DNA of 64,000 bases from an uncultured Bacteroides sp. (GCA_964481755.1 CAYZVH010000001.1:2337-66336); one strand, 5' to 3'. Positions 52,559-63,109 are shown, counted from the first letter of the stretch. Notes: a model not told the origin generated them from the letters alone. Numbers and translations: made by a program.

Positions 52559-53626
52559 ATGATGACAGATATAGAAGAGCTGACCAGCGAAGCGGTGCGC
52601 TTGCTGAAAGCGTTGATTAAGACCCCCTCGGTAAGCCGCGAGGAGGAGGAGGCTGCCAATGTGTTGCAGGAGTTTATCGAGGAGAGTGGTGTGCTGGCCA
52701 ACCGCAAGGGTAACAACGTGTGGTGCGTCAGTCCGATGTTCGACCTCCACCGTCCTACCATCCTGCTCAACTCGCATATCGACACCGTGAAGCCGGTGGC
52801 CGGATGGATGAAGCGCCCATTCGAGCCGACCGAGATCAACGGGAAGCTGTATGGACTGGGCAGCAACGACGCAGGGGCCAGCGTTGTGTCGCTCTTCCAA
52901 GTGTTCAAGGAGCTTTGCAAGAAACAACAGGCCTACAACCTCATCTACCTAGCCTCGTGCGAAGAGGAGGTGTCGGGCAAGAACGGCATCGAGAGTGTGT
53001 TGCCCATCCTGCCACACATCACCATGGCCGTCGTGGGAGAACCCACAGAGATGCAACCGGCCATTGCCGAGAAGGGACTGATGGTGCTGGACGTGACAGC
53101 CTACGGGAAGTCGGGCCATGCGGCACGTGAGGAGGGTGACAATGCCATCTACAAGACGTTGGCAGACATCGAGTGGTTCCGCGACTACCGGTTCGAGAAG
53201 GTGTCGGACCTGCTGGGACCCGTGAAGATGAGCGTCACACAGATCAATGCCGGTACCCAACACAATGTGGTGCCCGACCGCTGTACCTTCGTGGTGGACA
53301 TCCGCAGCAACGAGCTCTACTCTAACGAGGAGCTGTTCGGCCTCATCCAGCAGCACATCCAATGTGAGGCTAAGGCGCGGTCGTTCCGGCTCAACTCCTC
53401 ACGCATCGACGTGTCGCATCCGTTTGTGCAGCGGGCCGTGGCACTGGGGCGTGTACCCTTCGGTTCCCCCACCCTGTCCGACCAAGCGCTGATGTCGTTC
53501 CCCTCCGTCAAGATGGGTCCGGGACGTTCGTCACGCTCGCATACCGCGGACGAGTACATCGTCATCCGTGAAATAAGCGAGGCCATCGAACTCTATCTGA
53601 AGATATTGGACGGCCTAAGGATTTAA
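52559..53626 (+). CDS. M20 family metallohydrolase (ArgE/DapE-type deacylase)
   Basis: 356 aa with LLNSHIDTV and SCEEEVSG metal-site contexts. The start is set at ATG 52559, downstream of the -7 box. Confidence 0.8.
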   Translation: MMTDIEELTSEAVRLLKALIKTPSVSREEEEAANVLQEFIEESGVLANRKGNNVWCVSPMFDLHRPTILLNSHIDTVKPVAGWMKRPFEPTEINGKLYGLGSNDAGASVVSLFQVFKELCKKQQAYNLIYLASCEEEVSGKNGIESVLPILPHITMAVVGEPTEMQPAIAEKGLMVLDVTAYGKSGHAAREEGDNAIYKTLADIEWFRDYRFEKVSDLLGPVKMSVTQINAGTQHNVVPDRCTFVVDIRSNELYSNEELFGLIQQHIQCEAKARSFRLNSSRIDVSHPFVQRAVALGRVPFGSPTLSDQALMSFPSVKMGPGRSSRSHTADEYIVIREISEAIELYLKILDGLRI

Positions 53627-53645
53627 GAAGAAGTGAGTGTGGATG

Positions 53646-54044
53646 TTAGTCCAGTTTGGAGAGATGGTCCTTCCAGTACCATTTCTTCCAAGCGAAGGAC
53701 TTACGCATAACCGGGTAGGCAGCGTCGTCGTGGTTGAGGGCAGCCTCGTAGTCGAAGGCGGAGTGGCCTTTTGCCTTGTACTCAATCCAATAGAGGATAT
53801 GGTACATGAGGAACGGCAGCACAACGAAGAAGAGTGAGCCAAACACACAGAGGATGGCGGTAGGTATGACGGAGGCCCAGAAGCATTCGGAATATTGCTG
53901 ACGATGTATCTTCATCTCCAAAGAGATGTCCATAGGCAGGAAGCCGGACTCTGTCGTATATGTGATTCCGAACAAAGTAATGAAACACTTATTTCGTTTC
54001 CCCTTAAGAAAATACTTCGCCAAACGACTGTTGTATACTATCAT
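53646..54044 (-). CDS. Hypothetical membrane protein
   Basis: 132-aa ORF with one clear TM segment (VIPTAILCVFGSLFFVVLPFLMY). No family was recognised. Confidence 0.5.
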   Translation of the reverse strand: MIVYNSRLAKYFLKGKRNKCFITLFGITYTTESGFLPMDISLEMKIHRQQYSECFWASVIPTAILCVFGSLFFVVLPFLMYHILYWIEYKAKGHSAFDYEAALNHDDAAYPVMRKSFAWKKWYWKDHLSKLD

Positions 54045-54126
54045 ACACTATATTTATCTTGATATTATTCAACTATTCCGCACTAATAACTGAGCCACAA
54101 TTACCTAGCACTTATTAAAACACATG

Positions 54127-54134
54127 CAAAGGTA
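54127..54134 (-). promoter_or_regulatory. -7 box (TACCTTTG) upstream of the hypothetical gene
   Basis: The reverse complement of caaaggta, 83 nt upstream of ATG 54044. Confidence 0.4.
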
Positions 54135-54435
54135 CGCCAATAGATTATCTCCACAATAACTTTCGCTACGGATTTTGTACCCTGTTTTACTTATTTAACC
54201 ATGCCGCCCGCCTCGTTTTACCCCCCCCAATGCCCAAAAAAGCGGTAATTTATCTTGTCGGGCATGCTATCTGGATAGGATAAGTCAGCAAGCGAGGGTG
54301 TCAACTATATGTTTACGACCTACGGTCAAAGAGGCAGTTGAGTATACGGACAAAGGCACCAGACTGCAGGTAATTAGTTATGACAAATTACGACAATTAT
54401 CTTTAGAGGCCGTTCTGGGTACTTCACCCCCTTGC

Positions 54436-55719
54436 TTAGTTGTCCAACCAGACTTCGGGATTGAGCTTGGTGGTCTCCTTACGGAGTTGGAAATGGAGGA
54501 CTGTGTTGCCTGTGGCGTCGGTGCTGACCGTACCGATGCTCTGCTTGGTATCCACATGTTGTCCACGCGAGACGGAGGTGGAGGCCAAGTTGCAATAGAC
54601 GGAGATGTACTGACCGTGGCGAATCAACACGTTGGCCGTGCCGTTGTATTGGAATACGGCAGACACCTCGCCGGCAAAGATGGCACGTGCCTTCGCACCC
54701 CTCTGGCCTTTGATGTCTATACCTTTATTATCTAGCTTCACATATTTGAGTCCCGTCACCTCGTGGGTGCCATAGTGGCTCACGATAAGGTAGGGCCCGG
54801 TGATAGGCGGCGGCAACTTACCCCGGTTTTTCTCGAAGGACCCTGAGAGTTTACGATCGCTCTTATTGGCCTCGTAGACCTCCATCTTACCCGGCTTGGT
54901 CTTGGTGGTAGTGCCCTTCTTGTTTCCTTTCTTCGCTTCGGACTTCGACTCCGTGCGGGCCGTGGCTTTCTGCTGGTCACGCTTTTTGGCGGCGGCCAGT
55001 TCCTGCTCTATCAAGCGATCTATCTGGTTGTTGAGTTGTTGTGCTTGTCTGCGCTTACGCGCCAGCTCGTTCTGCAACCCCTTCTGTTTCTTCTGCAGGT
55101 TGTTGACCAGTGTACGCTGTTGCTTCTCCTGTTGCTGCAGCTTGCCCTGCTCCGCCTCCTTAAGGGAGAGCAGGCTGGTCTTCTCCTTGCGTGCCTGCTC
55201 CAGTTCTTTCTTCTTGGCGGTCAGCTGCTCTTGTTTTCTCATCACCTCCTCGCCCTGTATGCGCTGGTAGGTGGCATACTCTCGCACATAGCGTAGGCGG
55301 CGCAGGGTTTGGCTCAGCGTCTGGGCGGAGAAGATGAACATCAGCTTCTCCTGAATGGTACGGTTCTTATAGATATACTTCACCGATGCCTCATAGTTGT
55401 CCTGGTTCTGCTTCAGCTCCTTCTTCAATTTATTGAGTTGTTTCTGCAACAGATAAATCTCGTTGTTCATGGTCTTCACGTCCTTCTCTATCTGTCCGAT
55501 GAGTTTCTTACGGGCAGCTATCTGGCCGGAGATGAGCGACAGGTCGCTGAGCTGACTCTTCACATCCTTCTTGGTGGAGAGCAGCAACGATTCCGATCGG
55601 GATATGTCCTCCTGCAACTCGCCCCGTTTGTTCTGTAGTTCCTTGATGGTCTTATTGGTCTGGGCAGGGAGCGAGCTGAGCGACAGCAAAGCAACAATCA
55701 GCAACAGTATCCGTTTCAT
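54436..55719 (-). CDS. EnvC-like murein hydrolase activator (coiled coil plus degenerate M23/LytM domain)
   Basis: A long Q/K/E-rich coiled coil is followed by a C-terminal LytM fold. In that fold the HxxxD and HxH metal ligands read NKGID and YCNL. Confidence 0.75.
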   Translation of the reverse strand: MKRILLLIVALLSLSSLPAQTNKTIKELQNKRGELQEDISRSESLLLSTKKDVKSQLSDLSLISGQIAARKKLIGQIEKDVKTMNNEIYLLQKQLNKLKKELKQNQDNYEASVKYIYKNRTIQEKLMFIFSAQTLSQTLRRLRYVREYATYQRIQGEEVMRKQEQLTAKKKELEQARKEKTSLLSLKEAEQGKLQQQEKQQRTLVNNLQKKQKGLQNELARKRRQAQQLNNQIDRLIEQELAAAKKRDQQKATARTESKSEAKKGNKKGTTTKTKPGKMEVYEANKSDRKLSGSFEKNRGKLPPPITGPYLIVSHYGTHEVTGLKYVKLDNKGIDIKGQRGAKARAIFAGEVSAVFQYNGTANVLIRHGQYISVYCNLASTSVSRGQHVDTKQSIGTVSTDATGNTVLHFQLRKETTKLNPEVWLDN

Positions 55720-55721
55720 GA

Positions 55722-56549
55722 CTAAAGTTTTAATAACAGTTTAAGGATGTCCTCGGTAGTCATCGGCTTGTATTTGGCGGAGACCTTGGTGCGGGTTTCC
55801 CAGTCGTCATCGGCACGCACATTGCTCAGCCGCAGGGTGATGGTGGCGGGGTGCTTCAGTCCCTCGAGGTCTATCTGCATCTTTCCAGGGAACTGTTTGG
55901 TCTCCACGGGTGAGAACTCGTCGTAGTTCCAGTTGAGCTGGTAAGAGGGTGTAGCACTGATCTCGGTCTTCTGCAGCAGTCCATCGGCCAGCGATGTATA
56001 GAAGCGGGTAGAAAGCAGACGGGTGGACTTGCCGGTCAGCACTGCCTGCTGGGCTTCCTTGGTGACGCTGAACGACTTGCTGTCGCCTGTGGTCACTTGA
56101 GAGCCACCGGGCAGGAAGAGCTCGTTCCAGAATAGGGCCTGCAGGGTGTAGAAGTTGATGCCGGCCTCGTTGAGAAAGTCGAGGTTGCCATACGAGGCCC
56201 TGACGTACTGCTTGTTGATGCGGTCCACCACCAGCACCTCGTCGGCGGTAAACTCGATGCGGGCCGCCTCCACCAGTCCGAAAGCGACCAGCGAGAGTTG
56301 TATCACGTCGTTGCGTTTCATGCGGAGGTTACCGCCCAGAGAGACTTGCTTGCCATTGATGTCCAGGGAAAACTTCATCTTCCCCGTGACAGCCTCGCAC
56401 GTAAGGGCATTGTCTATCACACCGGAGACGTAGAGGGCACCCTCGGCGCTACTCAAGTTGCCGGAGGCGAGACCGCTCTTCGTGGTCTTACACGAGGCCA
56501 GCAGCACGGCGCACAACAGCACCCAACCATATTTCATGAATGACTTCAT
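55722..56549 (-). CDS. DUF4292-like (LolB-fold) lipoprotein
   Basis: 275 aa with lipobox LLASC. It sits in the dut-TPR-DUF4292-EnvC neighbourhood that I recall as conserved in Bacteroidales. Confidence 0.6.
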   Translation of the reverse strand: MKSFMKYGWVLLCAVLLASCKTTKSGLASGNLSSAEGALYVSGVIDNALTCEAVTGKMKFSLDINGKQVSLGGNLRMKRNDVIQLSLVAFGLVEAARIEFTADEVLVVDRINKQYVRASYGNLDFLNEAGINFYTLQALFWNELFLPGGSQVTTGDSKSFSVTKEAQQAVLTGKSTRLLSTRFYTSLADGLLQKTEISATPSYQLNWNYDEFSPVETKQFPGKMQIDLEGLKHPATITLRLSNVRADDDWETRTKVSAKYKPMTTEDILKLLLKL

Positions 56550-58315
56550 TCGGCAATGTATCTTTTTTGTTTAATCTTCTTATCCAATGTCTTCGAGTCG
56601 TGTTCCAAGGCAGCGGCACGCTTCCAGTAGTCGAGCGCCGCATTCTTCTCGCCACACATATAATAGATGTCACCACAATGCTCGAGCACGGTGGAACTAT
56701 CGTCGCCGGCCCCGTTCTTCATGGCCTCGTCGATGTAGATGCGCGCCTCGGAGTAGCGTTCTTTCTCGAAGAGTATCCAGGCATAGGTGTCGAGGTAGGT
56801 GCCGTTGTTGGGCTCGGCCTTCACGGTGCGGTAGCTCATCTCCTCGGCCTTGTCGAGCTGTTCCTTGCTCAGCGAGAGGTAGTAGGCGTAGTTGTTGAGG
56901 GCACTGATATTGGCTGAGTTGTAGACCAGGCAGGAGTCGTATGACTCAAAGGCTTTCTCTTTCTGCTGCTTCTGATAATAGATGTCACCGGATATCTCGT
57001 AGAAGGTGGAGACGAGGTTCTTGTCGCTCTCGGCGGTCACCTGCTTCAGTCCACGTTGGAAGGTCAACAGGGCCTCATCCTTCTGGTCGGTCTGGTAATA
57101 GGATACGCCCAAGTAGTAGTAGAACTCCAGTATCTCGGGGTTGTAGTCCGTTGCCGGGCGACAGATGGTGATGGCTTCGTTGTAGTCGTCCTTCTTCACC
57201 GCATAGCGGAGCAGCTCCAAGCGGGCGGCGGTATTGTCGGGCTCGATGGAGAGGATGTGGTTGAGCACCGGCTTCAGCACCTCTTCGCCCATCTGTTTGC
57301 TGGCAAGATACTGCGCACAGAGCATACTGAGGTCGGCATTGTCGGTCTCCTGCGCCATCAGCTGACGGAAGAGGGACATCACCTTCACGGTATCCTGTTT
57401 GGCCTGCTCGGCACGGATAATCACTTGGCGCATCATATCCAATTTGGTAGAGGTGTCGAGTTTGGGGTTGAGCAGTACCGTGTCCATCTGGGTGCGGTAG
57501 AGCGAGTCTTGTCCGCACTTCTCGTAGTAGGATGCCAACAAGAGTTGGGCCATGGTGTTGTCCGGCTCTTCACGAAGCATGGACTGCACCACGTCATAGG
57601 CCTCCTCCACCCGTTCGTTGTTGAGATAGGTATCGCCCAACAAGGCTTGGTAGTGCAAGTCGTTGGGATACTCCTTGGCCAAGCTCTCTATCTCGTTGAA
57701 TGCCTTCTCCTTGTCGTCGAGGTTCTGATACATGCGGAACTTCTCCATGCTGATCTGTTCGGACTTACCCTCCTTCACCTCCAAACGGTCGAGGGCGTTC
57801 ACCACATCGGCGTAGCGCTTCTCGCGACCGTAGAGGTCCACCAGCACCACCAGCGCGTCGCTGCGCTTGGGGAACTGACTGGCTATCTGTTCATAGGCAT
57901 CAATGGCCTTGGCGGTGAGTCCGCGCTGTTGATAAAAGGCCGCCAGGCTCTGTCGATACCAGAGGTTGTCGGGCGACAGTTGCACAGCCTTTTCCAAGAG
58001 GCCTTGTGCCCAGTCGGGCTGGTTCAGATAGAGATGAAAATGAGCCAGCTCATAGAGCACTACGGCCGAGTTGGGCTGCAACTCCAAGCAACGGTTATAG
58101 AGTTCATAGGCGGTGTCGAACTCGCCCTTCTCCTTCACGCGGGTGGCTTCGAGGAAGAGGTAGTCGAACTTGCGCTGCTCCTCATCCGACAGGGAGAGAG
58201 CATGCAGCTGTGCGTCGGCACTGCCCTTCCGCACAGATTTGGAAGAACCGCAAGCCACGCACACCAGCGCGAGGGCCACCAGACAACCGCCCCACCAACT
58301 GTATCTTCGTTTCAT
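56546..58315 (-). CDS. Tetratricopeptide-repeat lipoprotein
   Basis: TPR repeats run throughout. The lipobox LVCVAC follows ATG 58313-58315. The track start at 58354 is a GTG that overlaps dut. Confidence 0.8.
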   Translation of the reverse strand: MKRRYSWWGGCLVALALVCVACGSSKSVRKGSADAQLHALSLSDEEQRKFDYLFLEATRVKEKGEFDTAYELYNRCLELQPNSAVVLYELAHFHLYLNQPDWAQGLLEKAVQLSPDNLWYRQSLAAFYQQRGLTAKAIDAYEQIASQFPKRSDALVVLVDLYGREKRYADVVNALDRLEVKEGKSEQISMEKFRMYQNLDDKEKAFNEIESLAKEYPNDLHYQALLGDTYLNNERVEEAYDVVQSMLREEPDNTMAQLLLASYYEKCGQDSLYRTQMDTVLLNPKLDTSTKLDMMRQVIIRAEQAKQDTVKVMSLFRQLMAQETDNADLSMLCAQYLASKQMGEEVLKPVLNHILSIEPDNTAARLELLRYAVKKDDYNEAITICRPATDYNPEILEFYYYLGVSYYQTDQKDEALLTFQRGLKQVTAESDKNLVSTFYEISGDIYYQKQQKEKAFESYDSCLVYNSANISALNNYAYYLSLSKEQLDKAEEMSYRTVKAEPNNGTYLDTYAWILFEKERYSEARIYIDEAMKNGAGDDSSTVLEHCGDIYYMCGEKNAALDYWKRAAALEHDSKTLDKKIKQKRYIAE

Positions 58316-58319
58316 GCGT

Positions 58320-58754
58320 TTATTGTTTACCGGTGTGGCCAAAGCCACCTTCACCGCGTTCTGTCTCCTCGAGGAGTTCCACCTCGCTCCACTCCGCCTG
58401 CTCGTGGCGGGCTATCACCATCTGGGCAATGCGCTCGCCGTCCTCTATCACGAAATCCTCGTTGGAGAGGTTTATCAGGATTACGCCCACCTCGCCGCGA
58501 TAGTCGGCATCGATGGTGCCGGGGGCATTGAGCACGGTGATGCCTTTCTTCAGTGCCAGTCCGCTGCGGGGGCGCACCTGGGCCTCGTAGCCTGCGGGCA
58601 GGGCCATGAACAGGCCTGTGGGTACCAGGCAACGTTGCAGGGGTTTCAGCACGATGGGTTCACTCAGATTGGCTCGCAAATCCATGCCTGCCGACTGCGT
58701 CGTAGCGTACTGTGGCAGGGGGTGTTTCGACTTATTGATTACTTTTATTTCCAT
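58320..58754 (-). CDS. dut: dUTP diphosphatase
   Basis: 144 aa from ATG 58752-58754, with [18 protein letters not shown] and [10 protein letters not shown] motifs. Confidence 0.9.
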   Translation of the reverse strand: MEIKVINKSKHPLPQYATTQSAGMDLRANLSEPIVLKPLQRCLVPTGLFMALPAGYEAQVRPRSGLALKKGITVLNAPGTIDADYRGEVGVILINLSNEDFVIEDGERIAQMVIARHEQAEWSEVELLEETERGEGGFGHTGKQ

Positions 58755-58949
58755 ATACTTACGCATAGATGATGCGAAAGTAAGCATTTTCGTAAAGATA
58801 TGCCGTAAGAATTAGGCTATTTTAATGCCTAAGGACAGAATACCGCATGTGGCTTCCACCGCATGCCGAGTTATTTCCGCCAGATGCCTAGTTATCGTCG
58901 GTCAGATGCCTTCTAAATAGAATGAGATGCCTTGCGGCGAAAGCCGCAA

Positions 58950-58983
58950 AAGAATCCCCTGACCCGAACGACCGAGCCAGGGG
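58950..58983 (-). terminator. Stem-loop plus T-tract after GH16
   Basis: CCCCTG ... CAGGGG stem followed by ATTCTTTT on the minus strand. A second GNRA-type hairpin ttgcggc-gaaa-gccgcaa lies at 58932-58949. Confidence 0.5.
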
Positions 58984-59008
58984 AAGAAACCAAAAAACCA
59001 AATACCTA

Positions 59009-60508
59009 TTACTTCTGATAGATACGTACGTAATCGAAATAGCACTTCAGCGGGAACTGGGAGTCGTCGGGGGTACCGCCGTTGCTGCCGATAGCCAGAT
59101 TCAGATAGATCTGCTGACCGAAGTTCTCACCATCGTTACCGGCATCCTTGAAAGGATTGCGCCATGAGCCTCGCCACCAATCGCTCAAGCCATTGGTGCC
59201 ATTACTGGTCTTGCTCAAGTCAATCTCGTTCATCAGTTTGTCGTCGAGATAGAGACGGATATAGTCGTCGTCCCAGTCCATACGCCAGATGTGGTACTTG
59301 TCGGCCCACGTGGGGTCGTCAGCCGTGAAGTCGGTGAGCGGACAGTTGTACGAATCCCATGTGGCGCTCCAACGGGTATCGGAAGCCCAGCATGCATTGG
59401 CATGCAGACTCTGTACGCCGTTTACCAGATAGTACTCAAGCAGGTCTATCTCACCGCCCATAGGCCATTCCCAGCACCATGAGTCGCTGCTGCATCCGGT
59501 GGTCCAGATGGCAGGCCATGCACCCATGGCGGTAGGAATCTTGGCACGCACCACCATGGTTCCCTTACGGAAGCGGTAGCTGGAGACGATGCACGACGAG
59601 GTGTACTCGGCATATTCGCGCGTCTTCTTCCAAGCGTTGCCTCCGGTAGCGCTGGCATCGTAGTTGGTGTTCTTCACCTGTTCCTTGCGGCCGGTGATGA
59701 CCAATGCTCCGTCTTCGCATACGCCATTCTGGTCGGAGTACCATTGCAGCTCCTCGTTACGTTGGAAGCCTTCCTCGAATCGCCATACGGTGGGGTCGGG
59801 GATGCCCGTGCCGTTGAACTCGTCGTGCCATACCAGTTTCAGTTCGGTGTCGCCGTAAGCGTCACCAATGGCAGGCTCTTCTTCCTCGGGCAGGCTGGCC
59901 GGGTCGATGGTTTCCTGCACGTAGGTCACGTAGAAGAAGAACATCATGGCATTTACTTTCGGGTTGATAGTGTAGGATGAGGAGTTCTCCACCTTCAGGG
60001 GCAACACGAAGCAGGCATCCTTGCCTTCCTTCTGTACCTGCGAGATGAGTTCGTTGGAGAATACCGTGAGACTGATGTCCTCCGACAGTGTAGAGCCTTG
60101 CGTCAGCGTCAGCTTCTTGCCGGAGAGTTGATAGTATTCCTCGGGCAACAGACGGGCACCTGCATACTTGGCATACACGCCATCCTGGGCGTTCATGGCT
60201 ATCAGGCGGTTCAGACTGTCGGTGGCTACAGAAAGGTCCACCGCGGCATCTTTCTGTGCCGTGCGTTGTTGATACAACGAGAGGTTGAGGTTGTAGGTGA
60301 AGTTCTTCGCCTTGGTGTCCTCCTTCATCAGATAGGTGGTCACGTTGCACTCGGTTCCGTTCCACACGTCGAGGGCCTGGGTCAGAGCCAGCAAATTGAG
60401 GTCGAGGCTACCATTGTACGAGGCATCCTGGTTATCCTTGCAGGACGCAAGGGTAACAAAGCAGGCTGACATGCCGATAGCCATCCATTTCTTGTATATT
60501 CTGTTCAT
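59009..60508 (-). CDS. Glycoside hydrolase family 16 (beta-glucanase/laminarinase-like) lipoprotein with an N-terminal Ig-like domain
   Basis: Lipobox TLASC. The catalytic motif is ExDxxE (GGEIDLLEY). WHDEFNG and GAWPAIWTTG are also present. Confidence 0.85.
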   Translation of the reverse strand: MNRIYKKWMAIGMSACFVTLASCKDNQDASYNGSLDLNLLALTQALDVWNGTECNVTTYLMKEDTKAKNFTYNLNLSLYQQRTAQKDAAVDLSVATDSLNRLIAMNAQDGVYAKYAGARLLPEEYYQLSGKKLTLTQGSTLSEDISLTVFSNELISQVQKEGKDACFVLPLKVENSSSYTINPKVNAMMFFFYVTYVQETIDPASLPEEEEPAIGDAYGDTELKLVWHDEFNGTGIPDPTVWRFEEGFQRNEELQWYSDQNGVCEDGALVITGRKEQVKNTNYDASATGGNAWKKTREYAEYTSSCIVSSYRFRKGTMVVRAKIPTAMGAWPAIWTTGCSSDSWCWEWPMGGEIDLLEYYLVNGVQSLHANACWASDTRWSATWDSYNCPLTDFTADDPTWADKYHIWRMDWDDDYIRLYLDDKLMNEIDLSKTSNGTNGLSDWWRGSWRNPFKDAGNDGENFGQQIYLNLAIGSNGGTPDDSQFPLKCYFDYVRIYQK

Positions 60509-60535
60509 AGTCTTTCTATTCTATTTTATAGATGA

Positions 60536-61411
60536 TTATTCCAAAGGTGCCGTCTCGGGGTCGTACACGTTCACGTCGTAGAATTCAAACTCCGCCATGT
60601 GGAAATACTTGCCTGACGAAGTGGCGGTGACGAGGAACCGGAGGTACTTGAAGCTCTTGCCCGGATAGATAATGTCGGAGGTGTAGCTGGCTCCGGATGC
60701 CGTGGGCAGTCCGCTCAAGGTCTGCGCGGTCTCCCAGTTAGTGCCGTCATCGCTGATTTGCAGTTGGGCTTCGGTGACGCGTCCGTCCTTGTTGTTCGAC
60801 TTGCGGTTGTAGTACTTTATCATGAAATCCGTGTGGGTCTCCTTGAAGTCTATCTGGAAGTATTGCGGCAGGTCCTTCTGCGGACTGCTCCAACGGGTAT
60901 GGAAGAAGTCGTCGTAACTGCCGTTCACCAGGTTCTTCACGGGACCTTCCGAGGGTTCTTGGTTGTCGGTACTCAACTGATCGGCCGCGATGGTCACTTT
61001 GGAGTAGGACAACGAGACAGGTGCCGCGCCGGAGCGGGCCTTCACGGTAGTCACCGCCCCGCCCTCGTCCTGGCTGTTGAAGGTCTGGAACGTGAAGGTG
61101 TAGTCGCCAAAGCGAGCCCGCGTGTCGTCAATCACCAGTTCGCTGGTGTAGCGCGAGGCGATGAGACAGACATCCTTCTGCTGAAGGAAGTCGTAGTACT
61201 TTATCTTCACATAGTCATACGCCGCATCGGTGGGAGCATCCCAGGTCAGTTTGATCTGACCGGGGAGTGCTTCGTAGTGGATAGCCGACTCGGCAAAGGC
61301 GGCAGGGGTGCTGGCGCTCCCTGTCGTGAATGCTTCCAGGTTATCGTCGCAACTGCCGAAGCCAAAGGCCAGACAAGCGGCAACCAAGGTATATCTGAAA
61401 TCTATTTTCAT
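60536..61411 (-). CDS. Surface lipoprotein with an F5/8 type C (discoidin) domain, likely a glycan-binding protein
   Basis: Lipobox FGFGSC followed by DDN. FFHTRWSSP and YLRFLVT...MAEFEFY are discoidin hallmarks. It sits between SusD and GH16. Confidence 0.7.
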   Translation of the reverse strand: MKIDFRYTLVAACLAFGFGSCDDNLEAFTTGSASTPAAFAESAIHYEALPGQIKLTWDAPTDAAYDYVKIKYYDFLQQKDVCLIASRYTSELVIDDTRARFGDYTFTFQTFNSQDEGGAVTTVKARSGAAPVSLSYSKVTIAADQLSTDNQEPSEGPVKNLVNGSYDDFFHTRWSSPQKDLPQYFQIDFKETHTDFMIKYYNRKSNNKDGRVTEAQLQISDDGTNWETAQTLSGLPTASGASYTSDIIYPGKSFKYLRFLVTATSSGKYFHMAEFEFYDVNVYDPETAPLE

Positions 61412-61441
61412 GAGTCCATAAATTAGGGGGTTAAACATCCG

Positions 61442-63109
61442 TTACCATCCTGTGTTCTGCTTCAGGTTGGTGTTCTTGCGCATCTCCGTCTCGGGGATAG
61501 GATAGAGATACATCTTATCGTCCCAGGTGAGTTGCTTCACCGACGTACTGTAAGAGAAGGTGCCGTCGCTGTTCTTGGTGATGTTCATCCGCTTGATGCT
61601 GGTGAAACCACCCTCTTTCCAACGACGCACATCCCAAAAGCGGTGACCCTCGAAGGCCAGCTCCACCATGCGCTCGTTCTTATAGCGCCGCCAGAAGTCG
61701 GCTGTGCTCATGCCGGTGGGAAAGGCGGGCATACCTACGTCGGCACGTGCGCGCACCTTGTTCACAGCCTCGCGGGCGGTCAGTGTGAGTTCACCGTCCT
61801 TGGTGTCGGCACCACCGAAATAGCGGAAGGCAGCCTCGGCATAGTTGAGGTAGAACTCGCCCAAGCGGAACACCACCCAGCTGTGACGCTTGCCACCGGA
61901 ACTGGTACTGGCGCTGATGTCGGTGGAGGCGTCGAGGTACTTCTTCAGATAGTATCCCGTAGGTGTGGCGTAGGGGACGGGCTGTCCGTCGCGGCCACCG
62001 TAGTAGGTCTCCAGCGGATGAGAGTTAGTGTTGGGCCACTTCTCGCCGTTCACGGCTATGGTCATGCCTAGGCGAGGGTCGCGTCCGTCGTAGGGATTGG
62101 CGGGGTCCACCTCGCTACCGTCCTTCATCTCGTAAGCGTCAACCAAGGTCTGTGTGGGACAGTTGCCTGCCTGGGCATTCTCCATGCTGATGGGGAAGTT
62201 CACCGTCTCCGGTTCGCTAGTGTCGCCTACCCTACGCACAAAGATCATCTCCGATGCCTTGTAGTTGTCGGTACCCCAGATGTCGGTGTACTTGCCCAGG
62301 CTGATACCGTTCTGTCCGCAGTACTTGATGACCTCGAGATTAGCCTCGGCGGCTTTCTTCCAAAGGGAGGCATCCTCCGTCGGGTTGAAGAGTTTGCTGG
62401 CCCGATAGAGTGAGGCACGGGCTTTCAGTGCCAAGGCGGTGCCACGGGTCACACGTCCGGTCTCGGGGTTGCTGGCCGATCCGGCGGCGTCATCCTCCAG
62501 TCCACTATAGGAGACGGGTAGCTCCGGAGCGACGGCATCGCACTCGCTCACGATGAAGTCGAACACCTCCGAGGCGGGGGTGCGGCTCAGGGAATTGGCC
62601 TCGGACTCGGTGAGCACCTGGGTGGTGAAGGGCACGTCGCCATAAGCGCGCACCAACTCGAAGTAGAAGTAAGCGCGCAGCAGACGTACCTCATACTGAT
62701 AGCGGTTGTAGCGGTTCATCTCGGAGGTGTACTCCTTGGCATACTTCAGGTCGCTGAAGGTCAGCCCGCGTCCGTACTTCAGAAAGTAGTTAGCCTCGCG
62801 GATGCCCGTGTAGAGGCTCCATTGCGATTTGGGGTTCAGCGCGCTCCACCTACCATTGGTGAAGTCGAGCACAGAAGAGTAGCTGAGGGCCATCTCCGCC
62901 TCGTCGCACGCCGAAGCATAGGAGTTGGTGCCCATCAAGTCATAACTCAAGTAAGAGTAGATGTTGTTCACGAATCCTGCCGTGCGGTTGAAATCGGCGA
63001 ACACATAATCAGCGTCGTAGGTGGTGTATTCGTGATAGTCCATCTCTTCGGAACATCCCGCCAACACTCCTGCGAAAGCTATGCCCAAGTATATATTTCT
63101 AAATTTCAT
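61442..63109 (-). CDS. SusD/RagB family outer-membrane lipoprotein
   Basis: 555 aa with lipobox VLAGC. The C-terminal RFWDVRRW motif is typical of SusD homologs. Confidence 0.9.
   Translation of the reverse strand: MKFRNIYLGIAFAGVLAGCSEEMDYHEYTTYDADYVFADFNRTAGFVNNIYSYLSYDLMGTNSYASACDEAEMALSYSSVLDFTNGRWSALNPKSQWSLYTGIREANYFLKYGRGLTFSDLKYAKEYTSEMNRYNRYQYEVRLLRAYFYFELVRAYGDVPFTTQVLTESEANSLSRTPASEVFDFIVSECDAVAPELPVSYSGLEDDAAGSASNPETGRVTRGTALALKARASLYRASKLFNPTEDASLWKKAAEANLEVIKYCGQNGISLGKYTDIWGTDNYKASEMIFVRRVGDTSEPETVNFPISMENAQAGNCPTQTLVDAYEMKDGSEVDPANPYDGRDPRLGMTIAVNGEKWPNTNSHPLETYYGGRDGQPVPYATPTGYYLKKYLDASTDISASTSSGGKRHSWVVFRLGEFYLNYAEAAFRYFGGADTKDGELTLTAREAVNKVRARADVGMPAFPTGMSTADFWRRYKNERMVELAFEGHRFWDVRRWKEGGFTSIKRMNITKNSDGTFSYSTSVKQLTWDDKMYLYPIPETEMRKNTNLKQNTGW

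Noticed and set aside
54221-54228. A C8 homopolymer in the 390-bp intergenic region, as a possible phase-variation tract.
   Set aside because: It lies ~90 bp upstream of the nearest -7 box and is not inside a coding region or between promoter elements. Eight residues is short for efficient slippage. Nothing else supports a switch.
54436-55719. An active M23 peptidase.
   Set aside because: The LytM domain lacks the HxxxD and HxH zinc ligands (they read NKGID and YCNL), and the protein has a long coiled coil. This is the known EnvC-type activator architecture, not a novelty.
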